The notes below the pieces were generated by a model. It made no database searches. It was given only the letters and a program-made list of their open reading frames with translations, and was not told the origin of the DNA. A program made the translations under genes and the position numbers. DNA of 46,069 nt, filler included, from Sphacelaria rigidula (Eukaryota), in NCBI GenBank assembly GCA_964200075.2. It is 2 parts of 2 records of this genome, joined end to end, with 100 filler letters (N's around TTAATTAATTAA, not from the genome) between each part and the next. Parts side by side here need not be neighbours in the genome. Positions count along the whole stretch, not along the records: positions 1 to 22,987 come from CAXNAA020000293.1; positions 23,088 to 46,069 come from CAXNAA020000294.1. One strand, 5' to 3'. Positions 22,306 to 34,743 of the stretch are shown piece after piece (positions within the stretch are counted from its first letter, which is position 1; every line of letters begins with the position of its first letter).

Positions 22306-22987
22306 ACCATACAAGCAAAAATCGTCGTTACCTGTCTATTTTCTATATACTGAGTCCCGTGCAGCACCGGGGCACATTTATATACGAGCCTGAAAGACAC
22401 GCCTCTGGTTAACAGCTTTGCGTGAAAGCTATAGATACTCAACCATCTGTCGTTCGAAAAGCAGCACCTCGAGTTCCACACTTTTCCATTGCCAGTACCA
22501 AGAGGGTTGACGACCAGCCGCTAGAATGGTATCAACAGTCGGACGTCGAGTCCGACTCTGCGCGAGTCAGGCGTTAACTTTCGGAGCTATGCTTGAATAT
22601 CATTTCAATGTGTGCTGTACGTGTCTCCTGTTGCCCTGAAACATCATTGCTTGATTGTTTCAATGCTTCAAAAAGTGGCGATTGTCGTTGACGAACGATC
22701 AACGTGGCGCAAATCCGCCCCCCTCCTGTTGACGCTGTCGGACCCCAACAGTTGCCAACATGATTTTTATGGAATGGTGGTATTTTGATTTCAGTCCGGA
22801 GCTCTCAAGGCGCTTTGCTCCAGCGAGGATCGGCCGGCCTCGCCAAAAACGCTGTCACTGTCCTCACGACCGGCCAAGATGCAAAACATATCGTACCAAT
22901 TCCCCCCCCCCCCCCCCCCCCCCCCCCCCCACCCCCGACCACCCCCCCGGCGCCCTCGCCACTCCCCCTAGCACAAACAACAAACGA

Positions 22988-23087
22988 NNNNNNNNNNNNN
23001 NNNNNNNNNNNNNNNNNNNNNNNNNNNNNNNTTAATTAATTAANNNNNNNNNNNNNNNNNNNNNNNNNNNNNNNNNNNNNNNNNNNN
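22988..23087. other. Artificial 100-bp contig-join linker
   Basis: Exactly 44 N + TTAATTAATTAA (stop codons in all six frames) + 44 N. Confidence 0.95.
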
Positions 23088-23345
23088 GAAGTTAAACCTC
23101 AATTCGCACAATTTGTTCTTTGATGCTGTCGCCGGTGCTCGCGGGAATTCAGCGTGTTGCATCATTGTCCTTCGCTCGCCAGTAGCGTGGTGGCCCTTTA
23201 CCCCATGAGAACAGCAGAGGGCAGGGTCGATGACGACTGCTGTACAGAAAAGACAGTCTATGCTGTATGTCGTCCGTACAAAATTGTAGCTCGGTTCATG
23301 CCTGTGCACGCAGCGTGTCGTCAACAGCAGCCGTCGCAATGCTTT

Positions 23346-23648
23346 ACAGACTGCCCACGCACCCAAGCCTTGTAGAGACAGGACCAGATTGACAGTACAC
23401 ACAAGACTATGAGATAGGTAGTGCTACTACTGTGGCAGATCCAACACATACAACACAACAGCAGTGTCTGTACTGTTGTCTGTGCTGCCCGCACAACCGA
23501 GAACTACAACAGCGCAGCGAACTTGCAGCTCAGTTGAGATCTGTGCATGCAGCTTGTTGCGAACTGACGTTGCGTTGCAGTATAGACTGCCTACGCATCC
23601 AAGCCTTGTAGATACAGGACCGTACTGACAGTACACACGAGACTATGA
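23346..23648 (+). repeat. ~67-bp direct repeat pair (23346-23412 and 23582-23648) in a CAG/TAC-rich repeat region
   Basis: AGACTGCC.ACGCA.CCAAGCCTTGTAGA.ACAGGACC..A.TGACAGTACACAC.AGACTATGA occurs twice, 236 bp apart. Confidence 0.85.
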
Positions 23649-24107
23649 ACACGGCTACTGTTGTAGTACTACAGCCGATGCATGCAATACAGCACTGTTG
23701 CGCGTACCATTGTGTGTGCTGTCCTTTCAGTCAAGTACTGCGAGTACCGTGCAGTGAAGAACAACCGTCACTTCTACCGTCAGTTAGTACAGCAAGGCGG
23801 TGTTCTTATTGATGGTCTTGCGTCACGCAGCTCACCATGTATTGCTCAGGCAATGTATCACGGTAGTACAGATAGTCAGTACGGACCGTACACCACGACA
23901 GGACAGCAGAGTGCTGCGTCTCTGTCGCGCGCCCCAGAATTTCAAATCATGCCTGCACACCTGATAGAAAACGATGAACACTGCGTGTTCAATGTTGACG
24001 GTGCGTAGATCACGTAACAAGGGCTACTTTGAAAAATTCTGTTGGAAAACTTGTTGTTGAAAAAGGGCTTTTCTGACAACGTGCTTTTCGATACATGGGA
24101 AGTAGCC

Positions 24108-24697
24108 TGGGCTGTTTCTTCCGGTTCGTATTTTGTTCGGCTCGTATTTTCCACTTGTAGGACGTTTGACAAGGTTTCAAGGGTCGGACAAATAATGATT
24201 GGTATGAAAATTACTCGGTTCTAGTATGATGAGTCGACTCGTGACGACTCAAGGCCGAGGAAATCGTGAATTTGGTGATTTTGAGTCGTGATGATTTGCC
24301 CTAACCGTGCAAGGTTTTTGACCCCCCAAACAGGGAAATCGCTACCACACGTCTTGGACACTCTGTATCATCCCTGCGAGAGGATCCTAGCCCACTTTTC
24401 CGATTCACTTGGGTCAGGGATTTCGAGAGCGGCCTCTGGACAAAAATACGAGGACAAATACCTGCAGACTGTACTGTGCAATATATGTTTTCCTCGTATT
24501 TTTGTCGAGAGGCCGCTCTCGAAATCCCTGACCCAAGTGAATCGGAAAAGTGGGCTAGGCTCCTCTCGGTGGGGTGATACAAAGTGTCAAAGACGTGTGG
24601 TGGCGATTTTCCCGCTTGGGGGGTCAAAAATCTTGTCAAATGCCCTAAAAGTGGAAAATACAAGCCAAACAAAAAACGAACCGGAAGAAACGGCCTT
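24108..24697. mobile_element. Long palindromic (foldback) MITE
   Basis: 24310-24458 is the near-perfect reverse complement of 24486-24633, and 24110-24175 of 24635-24695. About 130 bp extra in the left arm, ~27-nt loop. The right end GGCC|TTA is PIF/Tourist-like. Confidence 0.85.
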
Positions 24698-24949
24698 AGG
24701 CGCTGAAATTTTGAAACGACATTTTTGTCATCAATTTGCGCAGCCCTGTGAGGAGCGAGTTGTAGTTTCAGCGGAGCTTGGAGCGAGTTGTAGTTTCAGC
24801 AAAAACAAGAAAAATGCTATAACGTCCTCAAAAAATGATAAGAACGATGACAACGCTGCGGCACATACGGGCACTTGCGTCAACCACATCCTCGTAAATT
24901 TTCAGCCAAAAATACGTAAAATCGTTTTTTTGCGTGTCACTTTTTGTGT

Positions 24950-25012
24950 GACCCCGGTGGTCAAATTGATACAACAGCCTCAAATGACACAGGTCACGAG
25001 TTCGAATCCCCA
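24950..25012 (+). pseudogene. Degenerate tRNA-like/SINE head
   Basis: GACCCCGGTGGTCAAATTG...GAGTTCGAATCCC with A- and B-box-like motifs. No proper cloverleaf. Confidence 0.45.
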
Positions 25013-27059
25013 CACGACAAAAAAAAACGTTTTTGTGTGCACACTTATCGTGCATACTTTCTCGTACCTCTGGGTTGCAAAAGGTTCTCGATGTTTTGGT
25101 GATGGTCTTGCTTTGGAGGGGGGGGGGGGTATAGCTCAGCTTCAAGTAGTATTTCTCTCTCGTACAGTGATGTACGACAGTTGGCTCGGAGGTTATCTCC
25201 TATTATGGAGCTTATGACGAGCTTGATGTCATCTTGTAGCACGACCAGGGTACTCTTGCCTCGGCATGTCAGGTGTGCGTGTGCCTATGCGGCGCAACGG
25301 TCTATCGTAATTCCACCACATTTTGTGGAACGAAACGTCTCCAGACACGCTATCGCACAGATGATTAGGACGTACTCGGTACTCACTGCAGTACAATAAC
25401 ATCATCGCCAAAAGTGCACCAATCGAGCAGCTGCGGTGCCTTATGTTACCAGGTTAGTCTGCAGCTCACAGCGATATGCTCAGGTCGTGCTGATTTGAGA
25501 AACTTGAAAAGTTGTGGTGACGACAGAAAATGCTGGGTTTACTGCCGGCCCAGCTCGTAGTAGATCATCGTGCGTAAGAACCCTGACCAGATTTCACGTC
25601 GCAGTCAAGTGGATGCAGGGCATGGATGCTGTATGTCTTCGCTGGATACGACGGCAAGAAGCAGTGAGAGTGCCGTTGCTCTCCACTAGATGCAGTCTAC
25701 TGATGCTGCTGATGTATTTGCTCTAGTGTTCCACAACAACACTACAGACAGCATGAAGCTATGCTGGCAATGCAAGAGAAGGTCAGATGGGCGGCGAAGA
25801 CCATGAGCAAAGAGCATGTTGTTTGTGGTAATGTTATCCATGGTTGAAAGGCCATGACCAAAATTGGAAACATGGCTAGACTGTTATGCAGTTTATGTAC
25901 ACTCGATGTGACATGTGGAATGCTGACTATTCTGATCACCACAGCTATCAAAATGGCCACTCCGCCCCTCCCCTCGTTCCTGGCTTGGAGTTTCCCTTGG
26001 GAAACTTCCGAACTCACATGGTTGACTTCGTGAGCTTCTGGGCTGTTGTGCGAACGACTCCTACACCCCTGTTGACCTCTCCTTCCCCCCCCACCCCCTG
26101 GAACCCCTGGATGTCCCTGGACTATTAACTGGTGAAGCTGTTCCGAGGCAACGCTCGCAGTCTAAGCATTAACCCTTTGGCGGCCAGAGTTTTCAATCTG
26201 TTGCGTCGGCATCGTTTTCACTCGACAAATGACTGCAAAACCCAGATGACCCACCCTTTCAATGAAAGGTTTCAGAGTATACGGCACCACATGGTAATTA
26301 TCGAGTATTGAAGTGGGTTTATTCATGTTTCGAGAGAACGGTGGTCGAGTTCGTAATATCGCACTGTTATAGTTCTGTTCAGACTGTAGCGCATATAAAG
26401 TAGTGGACATCCCTGCAGTCCGCAATATTCCACACCCTGGATAATAGACGGCATCTGTTGCAATAGAAAATGAATCTGCTGCAGGCGATGCCAGATTGTC
26501 GTCAGCAATGTATATCGATAGACCCCTCTACCACATTATTACCCAGGCAGGAGTCTCTTATGGCCTTACACCTAAAACTAAGCTGCCGACCTAATATATC
26601 GATCGATAGCTTTCCGTCTAGTACCGAAGCAATGGACGACTGTTGTGTCCGTTGTCCAAAGTGTGCAATATTCGTGCGCGGGTTCGGCGAAGGACTTCCA
26701 ATCCCAATCTCTGTAGTTGCGCAGTGTATGGTGTTCTAGAAGACAGACTGTCGCTGTATTTCTGTCTCGTGTCGGCGCTTCACGCCCCCTTGAGTGACAT
26801 ATCACTGCACCGCTGCGTTCACGTGTTCATCACACCAGTCCACGTCTGGTTTGGTTTCGCAGTGGACTCACTTCGTCTCCCGCTGTCATGTTCCCATATT
26901 GGGCACTCGAGCAAGTTTCGACGAAACGTTTGTCGCTACCCTGCTACTTTTTAGCCTCGCTGCTGTTCATGAAAGCCCCATCGCGGGTTTTGCTCGACAG
27001 TTTTGATCTGAAACACACACACACCGCTCGCCAAATATGGTACGCCACTCCAACTGCAG

Positions 27060-27341
27060 CCCATCAACAAGACCGGCAACAAGTGGGGGGTGTCAGGAGG
27101 GGCAAATAGGACCACGACGACTCCTTTCACCTCTGCAGCTGCAGGGATTGCCCTTCCAACTGCCGATACAACTGTCCCCAACTCAGCTAGTGGTGTGGAC
27201 GGCAGCATAAGTAGGAGCGCCAACAGCAAGATAAGCGCACTGAACGAGAGTATGGGTGGGCGCAAGCTGGACGCGAGCGCCCCCGCTTTTAACCCTTCAT
27301 TTGAGGTCGCGCAGCTCTCCAACTCGGTGGCCAGCCCTCAG
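27060..27341 (+). CDS. RNF10: Probable 5' exon of RNF10/Mag2-like E3 ligase, with PAM2-like motif; true start uncertain (in-frame ATG at 27252)
   Basis: CTGCAG acceptor, CAG|GTGTTC donor, 282 nt, phase 0/0 matching the exon at 28360. Encodes KLDASAPAFNPS. Confidence 0.65.
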
Positions 27342-28359
27342 GTGTTCGCTTGTCTACGGCATGGTGAAAGTATGATAACCATTTGACAGCATTGCCTTGG
27401 GGCATATTTACTGCAGGGGCAATGCTACACGAAAATCTGAGAACTACTGAAGGTTCCGGACACGCATGAGCACAAAGTGAGACCTTTATGAGTAAAGGGT
27501 CAGCATGACGCCTAGCAGTAAGTGAGCGTCATCTGCGGGTGCAGGGGGGTTGTTTGATTGCCGGAAACAGCAAACGTTCGTGGGTGTCTTACGCAACCCC
27601 ATAACCTCGTCCTAGATTTGTATGTCAGTAAAGACGTTCGCCCAGCGATGTGAACACGTATAATGTTGATACTGCGAGCGTCCAAATGTTTTTTTTGCCT
27701 GCAATCATGCTTCAAAACGGCTGATGCGTGCAAGAAGTAGCCCGACCCGCCCACCCACTCCTACCCTATCTGCCGTCTTCGTAGGATCAATCTCGGACTA
27801 GCGTTATTCGGCAACGATATTTTTTTGGAGTCTGCTGCTGAGTTGTCAGTTTTTTCCACCTGTCAACACCACGAAATATGCTTGGCTTTTTGTGTCAATT
27901 CTGCGTCAGTCTTCAGGCAGCGAAGTGTTGCTACGCCACATCGTCAGAATAAATTTGTTGTTGCCAGTCACTCGGAGCCTGCGATTGTTTGACAGCTGAG
28001 CATACTGCAATGATCCTTGCAAAGTGTACTTGTTATGCCTCTTCATCTGTAGCTATTTCGCGTGCTCTATTACACAACATTGCCGGTGTATTCCCTGTGT
28101 TGAACCCCTTCGCCCCGCTGTCTCCCCTCCTGCCCAAAGCCCTCGGAGGCACAACTCTGTAACGTGTGCCCTCAGCTATCTTTGGTTATCATGACAATGT
28201 CCATGGTGCAGTGTGGTTCAAACCATCGAAGGCTGGGTCGTTCCGGCATTCTCCAAAGCAGGTGCTTTGGGGTGATTCAAACGTCTCCAGTCCAACGTTC
28301 AACGTTGCCCTGTGCTCCCGTTGGCTTCCCCACCGTCAATGTCCCCTGCACGCACGCAG

Positions 28360-29034
28360 GGAGCGCAAGCGCAACAGTCTCGCGGCTCCTCGTCCCAAGA
28401 ACGCAAGTCTAAGATGCCGGCTGCTTCGCGCTCAGGGGGGTCGTCCAACGCCGGTGGACATGGTCACCATAGTAAGAGAAATAGCGGGGAGAGGGTGAAG
28501 GGCCGGGTCGGTCGTGACGGTGCTAATTGGGTACGTCAAAATGGCTATATTTCTCCTGCCGATGCGGTGCAATCAGAAGGGGGAGATGAGAAGAGAAGCG
28601 CTGGAGTAACGGGGGATGGAGATGGGAATGCTAGCAGTAGTTGTGGCTGGCGCAGCAACCAGAGAGGGATGCACCAGGGTGAAGGGTTGACGAGAACAGC
28701 CACCCCGCTGGGACTTGTGGGCTGTACAGACGATAGTAACGCAGGAAATTCGTCAGCGTTTGCGGAAAGAAATGGAATGGCGGCTCCTTCGACGGGGCAT
28801 CACGGTAATAGAACCAGAAAGGGTGGGAAGCAAAAGAGAGGTGCGGGCGGAAACGCCAACCACCTCCTGCAGTTTCAATACGAGCCTCGCTCGAACAGTC
28901 ATTTCTCAGAAATCGGAGATGATGAAGGTACTGGGAGGTCTAGGAGGGGAGGTGGGGGTGGTGCGCGGAAGAATAGTGGGGTGTGGGGGGGTGGATCATC
29001 ACGGGGCCCTATGAGCAAGGAGCAGTTCTTGCAG
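28360..29034 (+). CDS. RNF10: RNF10/Mag2-like exon (G/S/R-rich; ANHLLQFQY; SKEQFLQ)
   Basis: NHLLxF and KEQFLQ are conserved RNF10/Mag2 motifs. CACGCAG acceptor, GC donor CAG|GCGAGT. Confidence 0.9.
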
Positions 29035-29350
29035 GCGAGTTATTGAATGCCAACTGTTGTTGTACCTCCCGTATATACTCTCGAAATGGGTCGGCTGCGT
29101 TTTGCGAGCTTACCTGGAAATGTGTCAGTTTTAAGATGTTGAACGGGCGTCGTGAACGCTTTCGTGGGCGTTTCTCCCGTTTATCTCAGTATATCATCCT
29201 GAGGTGCGAACGTACGACGGCTGATCGTTACGGACTGTGACTGCGTGCGCCAAACATGGGTGTTTGTTACCGTCACTATTTTCTAGATAGCATCACAATT
29301 CGTATATCGTATTCACGTACATCCGTATTCGTCGCTCCTCGTGCTTCCAG

Positions 29351-29964
29351 GCGAACTTCCACTTCTTACTTCACGTTCCAGAGTCAGAGTTAGTACCAAC
29401 CCCAAATGGTGACTGTAAGCAGGTACGATCATTGGGTCTACAAGAGGCGTTCTTCGATCCCGATGTCCTGGTAGACTGGAGTACGGTAGACACTGTACGT
29501 CTCACGAGAAAAAAAAAGGTTTCAAGAAGGCCACTTTCTTCTGCCGCAGTCACACCGTCGCCCAAGCCTTCTAGCGTTTGTGCTGATGATGACAGCGTCA
29601 AATCTGGATCTAGCGCACGAGGAACCGTTGCGTTAAAAGCAAACGCCACCATAAAGCAGGCCGGGAAAATGAGAGGAGAAACCAGTGAAGTGGTTGCGTG
29701 GGGAAGCGCCATCAACAAGAAGCATGAGGTGGCACAAAAAAAGCCTTCCTCACGGGATGTGGTCTCCAAAGGCACGGTCGATGGTGACCACGAGGCAAAT
29801 GAGGAGGATGATGACGATTGGCGATGCCCCATCTGCTTAGGGCAGCCCGTGGCACCGCGGATAACCAAGTGCGGCCACGGGCCTTTTTGTCTGGTGTGTG
29901 TCTTGAGGCATCTCAATGGAGGGCCGTCGGCGAGGTGTCCGCTGTGTTTCGACAATATGCACAG
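29351..29964 (+). CDS. RNF10: RNF10/Mag2-like exon with C3HC4 RING finger
   Basis: ANFHF...DPDVLVDWSTV...CPICLGQPVAPRITKCGHGPFCLVCVLRHL...CPLC. TTCCAG acceptor, CAG|GTATTT donor (phase 2). Confidence 0.95.
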
Positions 29965-30834
29965 GTATTTTTCACGCTCGGCATGCTAGAATTGAGGGTG
30001 GAGTTCATGACTGAGGACTAGGGTTTGTTACTTCCCAATGCTTTACTTCTGTGACATCTCATTGCGACGGCTATCGCATGTTGAATTGAGTGAATGTCGA
30101 GCCGTTAATGGTGAAATGCTCAACCGTGGACTCTAACAGCGTGTCATTAACCAAGTGGCACGGCAGGGGTGAGGCTTCGAGGTTGGTGAACTACCTTCAA
30201 CTATCGTAGGGGTGTACTCATGATCATGCATGCCGTAGCGGAGGAAGTAAAGCGATATATGAACCCTGGCGTCAATCACACGGGTTTTGTTTCGTTTTTG
30301 TTGGTATGTTTGCGATACTGATTCCCTCGGTCGCTACGAGAAGCTCTTGGTTATTCTCGTGATGGCGATGCACGTGATTATCCTCACACCGTGGTAGTAA
30401 CGGGGTCGATTGGATACAAAACGAATCTGTCTTGGATTGGCGTCGACTTGCGTGGTGTACACGTTGCTTCGTCGGGATGATGGCTGAAGGCGATTGCCAC
30501 ATAGAACCCAGATAATCCAAATACACGCGATCACGACGGAAAGACGGTGGCGTTTGGGATGGCCTAGACATGTCAAAGTTTCTCACCACTGTTTCGCCGT
30601 GTTTTTGTCCAGGGAGCATTTACCATGATGAACGACGACGGGACAACATTTCAGCACGTCGGTTGTCCGCGCCTGATTGGTCCGTTGACTTGTCCCTTTG
30701 GCTTGCTCTACTGTAGCGCACGAGGAATTGTACATCCTGCGCAGCTCTGGTGCGTGTTGTTGTAACAAGGCTGTATAGACCGACTTCACCGGAGGAACGT
30801 CGCCACTCACGCCGTTGAAGCCACTAATGGCTTG

Positions 30835-31874
30835 CGAGCTGGGCCAGCCTAGGAGCGGATTTGTAGTCTGCAGGCCCATTCTGACCTCAATTTTGAGAGT
30901 TGGACACTGAAATTTGGTGTTGACAATTAATATGCCCCAATCACTGTCCATGCCAAATTTCAGGGTTCAACTCTAAAATTTGAGGTGAAAAAGGGCAGTT
31001 TAGTAACCGGGTCGGTAGAATTCGGAACGGTATTTTGCAGGCCACTTACAGGCCCACGTGTGGTGTTGGTATATTCAAATTCTGTGTGGGACCTCGCTAG
31101 GGCATAATGGAACAAAAAGAGTGGGTTGGGTTGATATTTATTCATTTTTTCACTGGATTAGGATGTTTTGGTATGGTAACGGCCATTTTTAACGAGAACG
31201 CCCAAACCTCTCCAAAAACATCGAAGGCCCTTTTTCTTTTCAAATGGCATACCTCTGTGGTTCATGCTAAGTTTAAAATCATAATTCTAAAAATTAGGCT
31301 GAAAACATGAGATGAGGCCCAAGAGCACTGTTCATTTCTCCATAACCCCCCCCCCCCCCCGAAGAACGTTTTTTTTGTGACAACGAAGAATAAAAAGCTG
31401 TTTATTTATCTTATTACGCACTATTAATAGCGGTTCTCCTCACGAAATTTCATAGCTCAGCCCTCAAAAACTGAAACTCGATACACAGATTTAGTGCATC
31501 TAGTGCCTATGCTCGCAATATGTTGATTTTAGTATTGAAACTTGTGTGCGCCATATTTCGAGACAGATAACGGACTCGGTGAAGGTGGAAGTATCGTCTC
31601 CCCGTGCTCAAGGGAAAGCCCATACCGAACATCGTCTTCATCCGCTGAATAAATCGTTCGGGGTTTACTGTAGAGTTTAGTATGGACGCCATCTCCGCAC
31701 GGTATAGGAATTACTAGACGTGGGGTGTCACAACGAAAAAATCTTGACCCAGACTTTTGAGCAGATGCCCCTTGATTGGACGAGTAATACGATATGCGGA
31801 TCACGGCCCAACTCGTTTGCGTCGGTGAGATATTGCTTTGGAGCTTCAACCCGTTTGTAGGCTGGCCCAGCCTG
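30835..31874. mobile_element. TIR element family A (copy lacking the nested insertion)
   Basis: TG|CGAGCTGGGCCAGCCTA ... TAGGCTGGCCCAGCCTG|TA. Interior aligns with 16256-16940 and 18430-18857. Confidence 0.88.
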
Positions 31875-31942
31875 TACCGTCACGCAAAATTTGTCTCTTT
31901 TTTTGTTCCCCGACCGTGATGCTCCTCGGGCAACCCGTGCAG

Positions 31943-32239
31943 GGACCGTCTGCGCCGAGCGATGTGCAATGAGGTTATCCCGTTCGCTCCTGGCAGCATG
32001 GCGACCTTTCTGTTGCTTGAAAGACAACGGGAATCTCTCGTGCCCGATGTGGCTACCGCCGTTGCTAGCAATTTTAATGTTGGAAATGGGAAAGGGTCAA
32101 GCAGTGCAGGGTATACGGGTCATTCTAGTATCGTACACGCCGCGGGCGACGAGGGCGGCCGGGCGGATGAGGCCGTGGCATGTTCGAAGGAGGGAGATAG
32201 CTCGGAGCGATTTTCGAGGCTGGTGGAAGCTACCACGAC
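31943..32239 (+). CDS. RNF10: RNF10/Mag2-like exon (DRLRRA...FLLLERQRESLVP...ERFSRL)
   Basis: GTGCAG acceptor, AC|GTGAGC donor, phase 2/2 consistent with neighbours. FxLxxR..S..P and FSRL resemble RNF10 post-RING motifs. Confidence 0.85.
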
Positions 32240-32878
32240 GTGAGCTTCTGCAGTTACGGGTGGTGTGCGACCCACGACAACTACTTGTCGAACGGCGGTC
32301 AATCACTTGAAATCGGTGTATTTATTTTGGCTCTCTAGAGTGAGAATTGTGTTCGAAAGCTGTTTTCGTCACGGAAATTGTGCACGTTTGCAGTCGACCA
32401 CGCCTGGTGCTGAAAGTGGCGACGTGAGATTATATGCACGATGCCATATGCTACCTTGTGGTATTTCGAGTCGTCATCGGTGTCATCGTACCATCGCCAT
32501 GCCCGTTGCTCTAGCGAAAACATTTGAGTCCAGCGGACGGCCATCGTACAGTACGAACAAACAAGATCAATCACAGTCTTTTGGGTGTTGGATCTGTTGT
32601 ACGAAGACGGCCGTGTTCATTGCTGTCTTGGCCTCGCGTCTGTGCCCCCAACAAACGCGCAGGCCTATTTTTCGTTGAGCAAGAGCAGCTATCCTTCAGC
32701 GCCGCCAGTCTACCTGTTCCCTTGGTTCCTTCTGTGCACTATGTGGTGAATTATTTTCAGACGCGAGTCGAATGATGCTATTTGTGGCGTCTTTTACCGA
32801 TGCGTGATGTAAAAACTACGCTTTGTTGCCTTGTCCTCATACGCCTTAGTTCATGTTCTCTTGTCTGGACTGTTTCAG

Positions 32879-33452
32879 AACGCTCCTAAACATGACCAAG
32901 GCGGAAGCATTAGCACTGCACAAATTCCGCCAAGAGTGCCTGTCCTCTGGAGAGACCGAGTGGATACCGTTCGTCACACAAGCTGAATCCCTCGTTCACG
33001 CACAAATGGAGCGTTTCGGTCGTATATCGCGGACCTCGGGCGACGAGGCTGACACCCGGCCCGAACACCAGGGAGAAGGGTCATGTATTGTGTCCTCCAG
33101 TGGACAAAAGGGTACCCGGACGAAAAATGCATCGGCTAGCGCCGGCTCGCACGGCAGCCTTGAGGGCAGCAGCAACGGTGTCGCGAACGAAGACATGCAG
33201 GAACACACCGTTGCTATGAAGATAACCATGGGTGACATGGACGGTAAAGGCAAAGGCAAAGACAAGGACGAAAGTGGTCAGAGCAAAGGCAAAGACAAGA
33301 AGGTCGCAGGTGCCTCGGTGGCTGGATCGGACCCTTTCCGATTCTTTCAGTCATCGGACGGCCAGAAGGCGTTTTTGCATCCCCTGGACATGCGACAGCT
33401 TCTGGACGACGCCGAGCTAGGCATATCCCTCCCCGAAAGACTCGATGCCAAG
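32879..33452 (+). CDS. RNF10: RNF10/Mag2-like exon (EWIPFV...FFQSSDGQKAFLHPLDMRQL...LPERLDAK)
   Basis: Matches the RNF10 FYQxxDGQxxFLHP motif. TTTCAG acceptor, AAG|GTGTGT donor. Confidence 0.93.
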
Positions 33453-33808
33453 GTGTGTTACATGCTTCAGCTACTGTACTGTGTCGTCATCAAGCGTGAA
33501 GAGACCGTCCCCGGTTTTTTTGGGCATGCTTGTGCGTTGCCTTCCCCCCTGAGTCATGACGTACGCGCGGCACTGTACATACAGGAGAAGATCGTCAGCT
33601 CAGCTCCTATGTTTAGCTCACCTACCTACGTCGCGATCGTCATATGACGCAGACGGGTCCACACTTCGTTTTCCGTGTGCGTCTCGTGAACAATATTTGA
33701 TCCACTACCGCCAATATGCATGTTGCAATGTGTATGCAAATCAAGTCGAGACCACGCTCGGACAACACATAACCAAACAGTTAAGGCCGGTAAGGTGCCT
33801 TGTATGTA

Positions 33809-33886
33809 CATATATATATATATCCTGCTTTGTTCATCCCCCTGTTTTGGTCTGTTGACTCCAAATATATATATATATATATATAT
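33809..33886. repeat. Two (TA)n microsatellites
   Basis: ATATAT runs at ~33809-33823 and ~33865-33886. Confidence 0.9.
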
Positions 33887-34743
33887 TTTCTTCATGTGTT
33901 TCCCCATCCTCGAGTTTTGTTGGAGTGTTTCCGTTTTGTTCACTTTGTGTACGGTACGTCTATCTCACGTCTTTATCATGTGTAGGTTGTGTCCGCAGCT
34001 GTATCCCTCACCTCGGGGATTACTTCCTGTGCGACAATCAGTTGATCACAATGCCGTATCGCCTTTTGCACGGTCGAGCGCCTTCAACACGTGTTGGGGT
34101 ACATTTGTCCTTAGTTCGTCCCCAAATCGGTCATGGTTGAGACCGCTCCTTATGGCAAGCAAGGATAAAAACCTGGAAAAGTGCCTTTTCGGAGCTTGTG
34201 CGTCGCTTTACGCATGAAAAAGAGCTGGGCAGATTTTGACACTTTCAATCCCTTGCTGTAGTAGTTAAGACGGGTTCAGCACACCTGTGCGTTCTTCCGG
34301 TGGCCGCATTTTTTTACTTGCCCGAACTGACATTTTACTCGAGGACCGCCTGGCTCTCTTGTAGGACGTGAAACTACGTAGAAGCTCTAAAAAAGCAGTT
34401 TTGCAGACTTCTACTTCTGTTTGCCATAAGAAGCGGCCTGGTATATTTTTCACCAAGCGCCATCTAACCCTATCCCCAACCCAGGGCATACTGCGTATGC
34501 TACGAGCACTGGAGACTGTCGGCCCCACTGAAAGGTCGAATATCGCTGTTGATACGCTCATGAATTAATGGTTGATCAGGCGGTAAACCGGGACAACCTC
34601 TGCGGTATGATGGAGACTGTGGTATGTTAGCGTTGTGCGTTGTCACTTGTGTTTTTTCGCGCAGGGCGATGAAGACCGCCTCTTTATCTGACCCCCCGAT
34701 CTCCGCACTTGAGTTGACGCGAAAGTTGTGAATTGATGTGAAG

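Noticed and set aside
24288..25217. 309-aa ORF and a similar antisense ORF
   Set aside because: By-product of the palindromic MITE and adjacent repeats. No protein motif.
34265..34568. Possible TTAA-flanked piggyBac-like MITE
   Set aside because: Terminal inverted similarity is too weak to call.
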